Virus record (IMG/VR): IMGVR_UViG_3300013137_001181
Location: 1 to 60,502 of that record
Origin: a virus
Lineage: Duplodnaviria > Caudoviricetes
Reading direction: 5' to 3' (one strand)
DNA length: 60,502 nt
Numbering within the stretch: position 1 is the first letter of the stretch; each line of letters starts with the position of its first letter. A program made the position numbers and the translations under genes. Positions 54,747-60,502 of this stretch are shown here, piece after piece. The notes beneath the pieces are model-generated. The model saw only the letters and a list, made by a program, of their open reading frames with translations. It was not told the origin of the DNA and searched no databases.

Positions 54747-54768
54747 GGTTATATAGAATAAAACTAAC

Positions 54769-57700
54769 ATGGCGCAAATATATTGGGTAGGAGGAAGCGG
54801 AAATTGGACAGACTCAGAAAACCACTGGGCAGATTCTTCTGGTACAGCAGGAACAGCTGGTGTGCCTACTAATGGCGATGAGGTATTTCTTAGTTGTGTA
54901 GACTCAGACGGTTGGACCATTACACTTGATGCAGATGTTACTGTTCTTGGATTAAATCTAAACACATCATACGATTTTACGTTTGCAATGGGTTCCTACA
55001 ACGTAACCGTAGGAAATGGTGGCGATATGACGTCTACGAGCCCTGGTTTTTATACAGAATCAAGTGTCAGCTTAACAAGCACAGGTGGAACATTCACAAT
55101 CGAAGGTGGCGATGGTTATGCTTCAACATTTCAAGTATATAGCTCTTTTCCAAGAGACGTACAGGTAAACTGTTCTGGGTGGGAGGTTCGTTTTGGAGGA
55201 GATATAGGAACTCATGGAATTACTGTCAGTTTATTTGATGGTACTTTTAACTTTATTTCAGATACAACATGTGGGATATTTACCTGCACAGAAACTTATG
55301 GAATAATAGATCTGGGAAGTTTTTCAATTACCGCTAGAAGATTTGTATTAGCACAAGATGTCAATATATATTCTTCATCATCTAACAGAGTTTATCTTAC
55401 TGAAAATAGCGGTGGAGACGCACTACTTTATACTAAAACATCGCAAAGTTTAAGTGTCATGGGTAACTGGTATATACAAGGAAATGCACATTTTCATCCA
55501 GGTGTTGATGCATATTTTCAAAATGAATTACATATAAATTCGACCATTGGAACTGGAGAGGTTCAATTGTTTGATGGATTTGAGGTAGATAAATTTTATG
55601 TAGATTCACATCCTAAGACAGTAAAATTTGAAGGAGGAAAAACTTATACTATAGATACATCATTTAATGTAAGTGGGACTGCTGGAAATCTTATCACACT
55701 TAATAATATATCAGGAACGACAAAGCACATTCTTTCAAAATCAGATGGCACAATAACTTGCGATTATCTTGATATTTCAAATTCAAATGCAACTGGTGGG
55801 GCTACTTGGAAGGCTGGAGCTAATTCAAATAATACATCAAATAATTCAGGCTGGGTATTCACTGAAACGAAAACAATATCTGCAAAAGCACGTATTAAAA
55901 ATATAAATCGTTATTGGGTTGGGGGAAGTGGCAATTGGAGCGATGCAGCGAACCACTGGGCAACGTCAAGTGGTGGTTCTAGTGGTGCTGATGTTCCTAC
56001 TTCTGAAGATGATGTTTTTATTGATGAAAACTCTGGATTTGGAGCAGGAGGAACAATTACGGTTGACGTTGAAGGTGTAGGACATGATTTAACCTGTACG
56101 TCTGGGGACAGCTACACAATTGATAATCAGTACTCGCTGGGTTTTACTGGTTCAATAACTTTGGAGTCAGATATTACTGCAACAGGATATGGATGGACAA
56201 TGGCTCCCGATACTGTAAACGAAACATTGACTTCTGCTGGTGTTATTCTTCCTACGCTGATGATTCAGGCGCTAGTGGCGACTAATAAGGTGACTCTTCA
56301 AGATAACTTAGAACTGGATAATACAATTGGTTTTCTTGTTTTTTACAATGGTATTTTTGATGCAAACGACCATAATATAAAAGCAGCATCGTATGTGTGT
56401 ATAGGAGAGACTGGGACTTATGATTCTGAAATAATCATGGGTTCTGGAACATGGGAAGCAATGATAGCAGATGATGAAGAAAATGGTATTTTTCCTTGGA
56501 TTATGGAGGATATGGATAGTGGAATTACCATTACGCCAGAAACATCAACGATTAAGATAACGGATGCAAGTAGCACGCAAAAAACGTTTCTTGGAGGTGG
56601 AAAAACGTACAATAACGTTTGGTTTACTGGTGCAGGAACAGGTGCATTCCGTATCTATGATGGCAATACGTTTAATGATTTGAAAGTAGATAATCCTCCA
56701 CATACGCTTCTTTTGCCAGCAGAGGCAACAGTAACAGTTTCTTCGTTTACTGTATCAGGTTCTTCTGGTAATCTAATCACGATTGATAGCACGGATGGGG
56801 CAACACAGAACACTTTATCAAAATCGGCAGGAACGGTGAATTGTAATTATCTTAATATCAGTAATTCAAATGCAGCAGGAGGAGCAAGTTGGCGAGCATA
56901 TACAAGTAACGGAAACACAGATGGAGGTAATAATAGTGGATGGATTTTTACTGGTGCCGATAATTCAATCAAGGCGAACATTGTTGTTACAAATCTAAAG
57001 GACGTCTCTTCTAAGGCAAATATACTTTCTTCACAAGCGAAAAACAACAATATAAAGGCGTTTATTTCTGCTCCTGGTCAGTTTGATAATGTTGTTGGAG
57101 CAGACATCCTTAAGACATCAACAAAAGGTGTTTATGTATATGTAAATATTTCTAATAATCCTCCAACGGTCGCGCTCGATTCTCCTTCTGATGCTCAGCA
57201 GGTAAACGACATTACGCCAGATTTGTTGTTCACAGGAACAGATCCGAATAGCAATACTATAGATTATGAAGTCCAGATATCTAATGACGCATATTTTGCT
57301 GACGTTTTAACCTATTACTTTGATGCTTCAGATGGTTCTATATTAGATCCAAATAGTGTATGGAATAATGAGCCCAATGCATTTGATGGTTCTACTTCAA
57401 CTGATGCGGATACGGCGACAGCTGGTTCTACAAGTTCTAATTATCTATTTGGTGAAGGAACTAATGCGCCAACCTCAGGTGGCACTATTTCGCAGGTAAG
57501 AGCAAGAATGTATTCTTATGGCAGACTTGGTGATGCGGGCATGATTTGTACAATCTATACAAACGGTCTAGGAGAGTCTCTTGGCATTGTCTATGGCACG
57601 ACAATGAATACGGTTTGGTCAAATTATACAGTTCTTTCTGCGCCCTCAGGTGGTTGGACATGGCAAAAAATAAAGAACTTAGAGGTAAAAATTTATCATT

Positions 57701-59787
57701 CTACTGGGACCTCCTCAACATTAAGAGTTTATAGAGTTGAGGTTGAAGTGACCACCTCAACGCTGATTGATGCTCTGTCTACCGATCATACTGGCTTTAG
57801 CGCAGGAGCATCGCATCCAACCGCTTCAGGCGCACAACAGACATATACAGTACAGTCTGCTCTCTCTCCTGGCCTTTATCACTGGCGCGTTAGAGGAAAG
57901 GATCCGACCGGAGGTAATACATGGGGTGCGTGGAGTGATGGCGCTCATTCTGGATATAGTGATTTTTATGTTGTTATTCTAGATGCACAGACAGAAAATT
58001 CTGCGAAAGCATATATCTCCATTTTGACCATAGCTCAAGATAACTCAGCTGTCGCAAGCATATATACCACTAACTCCTACAATCAATCAACATGTGCAAA
58101 TATAAAAACAATAAATATTTATGCGTCTTCAATGAAGACAAATATTTTGTCTTCTCTTTCAGTGACGCAAAATGTCAAGATAAACATAGTCACAACTAAC
58201 ACATATGACATTTTTACTAAAATAGACGTACTCTCATCAATCGCAAAAGGAAATTCATCAAAAACAAGCGTAACTGTTGTTAGCTCCTATCCTGTTTCTG
58301 CTGTTGTAAATTTACTTAGAGTAAGCGAGAGAAAAGATTCAAGTGTAAAGACTTTTTTAATTGTAACCAATATTTATGCCAATAATTCTAAAGCAGACAT
58401 ATACGCACAATCTGCATATGGTAACACTACAAAAACAAGCATTTATACAACAAACAGTAAAAATAATAGCGTAATAATAAATGTTGTTGGTTTCATTATT
58501 CAGGGTAATAGTTCAAAGGCAAGTATTGTCGCTGTATCTTCATATAATCAAAGTTCTATTGGCGACATTTTTTCGACTGAACTTTATTCAAACAGAGCGA
58601 CCGGAAATGTGTTAAGAAGCGGAGAGAGTGTGGCAAATCAGACAAGATCAGATATTTTAGTGGCACAAATATATGCGCAATCTGCAAAACAGAGCATAGT
58701 AACAACTTCTCAGATAAACGAGTCTTCATTGGCGAATATACTTGCGAGTATATCGAAGAACAACTCTGCTCTGGCGAGTGTGATTTTCTTTGGACAATCT
58801 GCCGTTTCATCAAAGACGAACATATTGAGAGTAAATGAGATAAAAAGTGGTCAGACAAAGTCTTCTATCTCTGTGACAAATACGAAAAACAATTCTACAA
58901 AAGCCTTCATCATCGTAACATGCGTAGATGAACAGAGTGTCAAAACTTCAATTGTAGTTAGAGCAACATCTGGGAATTTTGTGATTATAAACCTGATTGC
59001 GGAATTTGCTTATAAGCACTATGGTATAGGAAATATCTTGGCTTCTGTAAATTCACACAGTCATTCAACATCAAATATTTTTGTTGAAAACAATACAGCG
59101 AATAATTCGGTGGTTGTCAACATTGTGACGAGTAATGTTTATGGTGACAATGTGAAGATGTGTCTGTCCTCTGTTATATCTAAGGATAATCAGACGATAG
59201 TTCGCGTTATCGCGGCTGGTCAGATGTCGAATTCATTAAGCGCTAATATTCTTAATAAAAACGAGACAAAAAATGATAGCGCTAAGGCATCTATTCTTTC
59301 TGTATCTACAGGTGAGAATAGTGCAAAGGTTTCAATTGTTATCTTGAACAGTCTTGATGTATCTGTCAAAACGAGCATCTGCGCGACCTTAAAAAATGAG
59401 TTTAGTATAAAATCAAATCTTCTTGTTGAGCAATCTTCTTCTGTTGATTCAAAAGCCGATATTGTTTCTATTTTAGTGTCCGACAACTACTCTAAGACAA
59501 ATATAGTGGTTGAGAATGTCTATGAGTGCGTCTCAAAAACATATATTTATGCGCATGTTTTGGTAGACAATTACACGACAGTAGACATACTTAGGCGTGA
59601 TGAGTTGCTGTTGAATTATGTAAAGACAAATATAGTTACAAAGGATATTGGTTTTAATAATAGCTCAAAGGTGATGGTGTATAGCTACATAATATATAGA
59701 GCACGACCATTTCAGACGCGAACACCTTCTATTCATGTAGATAGAGGATTGATATATGGTAAGTTAAAGGTGATTAAACTATTGTAA
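54769..59787 (+). CDS. large repetitive virion/adhesin-like protein (1672 aa)
   Basis: Two YWVGGSGNW..NHWA..SG..GA.VPT modules, an Ig/FN3-like segment (YHWRVRG), and a C-terminal ~600 aa of S/T/N-rich S.KANI-like repeats. Confidence 0.75.
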   Translation: MAQIYWVGGSGNWTDSENHWADSSGTAGTAGVPTNGDEVFLSCVDSDGWTITLDADVTVLGLNLNTSYDFTFAMGSYNVTVGNGGDMTSTSPGFYTESSVSLTSTGGTFTIEGGDGYASTFQVYSSFPRDVQVNCSGWEVRFGGDIGTHGITVSLFDGTFNFISDTTCGIFTCTETYGIIDLGSFSITARRFVLAQDVNIYSSSSNRVYLTENSGGDALLYTKTSQSLSVMGNWYIQGNAHFHPGVDAYFQNELHINSTIGTGEVQLFDGFEVDKFYVDSHPKTVKFEGGKTYTIDTSFNVSGTAGNLITLNNISGTTKHILSKSDGTITCDYLDISNSNATGGATWKAGANSNNTSNNSGWVFTETKTISAKARIKNINRYWVGGSGNWSDAANHWATSSGGSSGADVPTSEDDVFIDENSGFGAGGTITVDVEGVGHDLTCTSGDSYTIDNQYSLGFTGSITLESDITATGYGWTMAPDTVNETLTSAGVILPTLMIQALVATNKVTLQDNLELDNTIGFLVFYNGIFDANDHNIKAASYVCIGETGTYDSEIIMGSGTWEAMIADDEENGIFPWIMEDMDSGITITPETSTIKITDASSTQKTFLGGGKTYNNVWFTGAGTGAFRIYDGNTFNDLKVDNPPHTLLLPAEATVTVSSFTVSGSSGNLITIDSTDGATQNTLSKSAGTVNCNYLNISNSNAAGGASWRAYTSNGNTDGGNNSGWIFTGADNSIKANIVVTNLKDVSSKANILSSQAKNNNIKAFISAPGQFDNVVGADILKTSTKGVYVYVNISNNPPTVALDSPSDAQQVNDITPDLLFTGTDPNSNTIDYEVQISNDAYFADVLTYYFDASDGSILDPNSVWNNEPNAFDGSTSTDADTATAGSTSSNYLFGEGTNAPTSGGTISQVRARMYSYGRLGDAGMICTIYTNGLGESLGIVYGTTMNTVWSNYTVLSAPSGGWTWQKIKNLEVKIYHSTGTSSTLRVYRVEVEVTTSTLIDALSTDHTGFSAGASHPTASGAQQTYTVQSALSPGLYHWRVRGKDPTGGNTWGAWSDGAHSGYSDFYVVILDAQTENSAKAYISILTIAQDNSAVASIYTTNSYNQSTCANIKTINIYASSMKTNILSSLSVTQNVKINIVTTNTYDIFTKIDVLSSIAKGNSSKTSVTVVSSYPVSAVVNLLRVSERKDSSVKTFLIVTNIYANNSKADIYAQSAYGNTTKTSIYTTNSKNNSVIINVVGFIIQGNSSKASIVAVSSYNQSSIGDIFSTELYSNRATGNVLRSGESVANQTRSDILVAQIYAQSAKQSIVTTSQINESSLANILASISKNNSALASVIFFGQSAVSSKTNILRVNEIKSGQTKSSISVTNTKNNSTKAFIIVTCVDEQSVKTSIVVRATSGNFVIINLIAEFAYKHYGIGNILASVNSHSHSTSNIFVENNTANNSVVVNIVTSNVYGDNVKMCLSSVISKDNQTIVRVIAAGQMSNSLSANILNKNETKNDSAKASILSVSTGENSAKVSIVILNSLDVSVKTSICATLKNEFSIKSNLLVEQSSSVDSKADIVSILVSDNYSKTNIVVENVYECVSKTYIYAHVLVDNYTTVDILRRDELLLNYVKTNIVTKDIGFNNSSKVMVYSYIIYRARPFQTRTPSIHVDRGLIYGKLKVIKLL

Positions 59788-59796
59788 ACCAAACAG

Positions 59797-59991
59797 ATGC
59801 TAGAGACATTTGGTCTGCCAGTAATTGTCAACTACCACCAGGCTAAAGACCTAGTGGCTTGTAACTCCTTGCGGGGTTACGATTCGCAGGTTGACAACTG
59901 CAAGGCAACAGATTGGGTACGAGATTGTTGGTCTTACGCTCACACAGCAGAAAAGCTATTGACATTGATAAAAGATTTAATTAAACTGTAA
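59797..59991 (+). pseudogene. possible C-terminal remnant of a GT4 glycosyltransferase
   Basis: LETFGLPVIV and A.DWVRDCWSY..TAEKL resemble GT4 E...GLPVI and the terminal helix. Confidence 0.4.
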
Positions 59992-60074
59992 GTATAGAAG
60001 CATCATCGGTTAGTTATACACAATACAATGTGGATGAAGTCAATCGAAAGGTTTTTTTATTAGTATAATGAACC

Positions 60075-60502
60075 ATGGCAGACCAAAAGATTACTCAACT
60101 TAACGAGAATACAACTCCTCTTTTGACTGATTTATTGGCTATAGTTGATGACCCTTCAGGTTTAGCCTCAACCCAAAAAATAACTATCAACAATGTCTTG
60201 TCTTTTACGCCACTTCTTGCTGGCCGTTCTGGTGGTCAAGTCTTAATTGGCGGTACTGCTGTTGCCGACATTCTCAAACTTCAAGGAACATCAGGTAATG
60301 GAACATTAACCTCTCCTGCCGTTCAATTATTAGTAGGCAATAACGGGGATACTGTCGCAATGACAGTTTTAAATAATGACAACGTCGGCATCGGGACGAC
60401 GGGACCGAATAACAAGTTGCATGTTGTGGGCAATATTGAAGTTGGAGCTTCGTCTGGGACGGGTGTTAATCCAGTTATTTCTAATCCCAATAGCGTTGCA
60501 AA
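60075..60502 (+). CDS. tail fibre-like protein, 5' part (runs off the window)
   Basis: Manual translation MADQKITQLNENTTP..TD.L.IVD...TQKIT; later NVGIGTTGPNNKLHVVG, typical of phage fibre proteins. Confidence 0.7.
   Translation, partial: MADQKITQLNENTTPLLTDLLAIVDDPSGLASTQKITINNVLSFTPLLAGRSGGQVLIGGTAVADILKLQGTSGNGTLTSPAVQLLVGNNGDTVAMTVLNNDNVGIGTTGPNNKLHVVGNIEVGASSGTGVNPVISNPNSVA

Overview
The window looks like part of a dsDNA tailed-phage genome read in the standard genetic code; the host is not identifiable from the sequence. It has two divergent arms. The left arm (1-20.9 kb, minus strand) carries early and replication genes: a partial RNA-ligase-like gene, a degenerate RNase H, a primase-polymerase/helicase fusion, a replication initiator, an LmbU-like/DNA methyltransferase fusion, HNH, a RadA-like ATPase, RadC/JAB, a zf-PARP-like protein, a MoxR-type AAA+/VWA pair, a lysozyme-like protein, many small ORFs and several tRNA-like elements. 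A ~1 kb non-coding switch region follows, with direct repeats, a palindromic dif-like site and a stretch lacking GG/CC. The right arm (22.0-60.5 kb, plus strand) carries tRNA-Thr, a lysis cassette, a phosphoesterase and HIT proteins, a ParB-MTase, MetK and a ~11 kb glycan cluster with a near-complete nonulosonic-acid pathway. It continues with terminase, portal, a gpF-like protein, further GT/MTase genes and Ser/Thr-rich virion-type proteins. The strongest findings are three. (1) A group I intron in a putative virion gene is itself stop-free in frame, so spliced and unspliced mRNAs give two homologous C-termini (FTWVYDES vs FTWVYNGS). (2) The phage encodes its own nonulosonate/glycosylation machinery directly upstream of the terminase. 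(3) Several late modules start with a promoter, short leader and terminator, and two leaders share a twin-hairpin motif. All calls come from reading motifs by eye; no searches were run.
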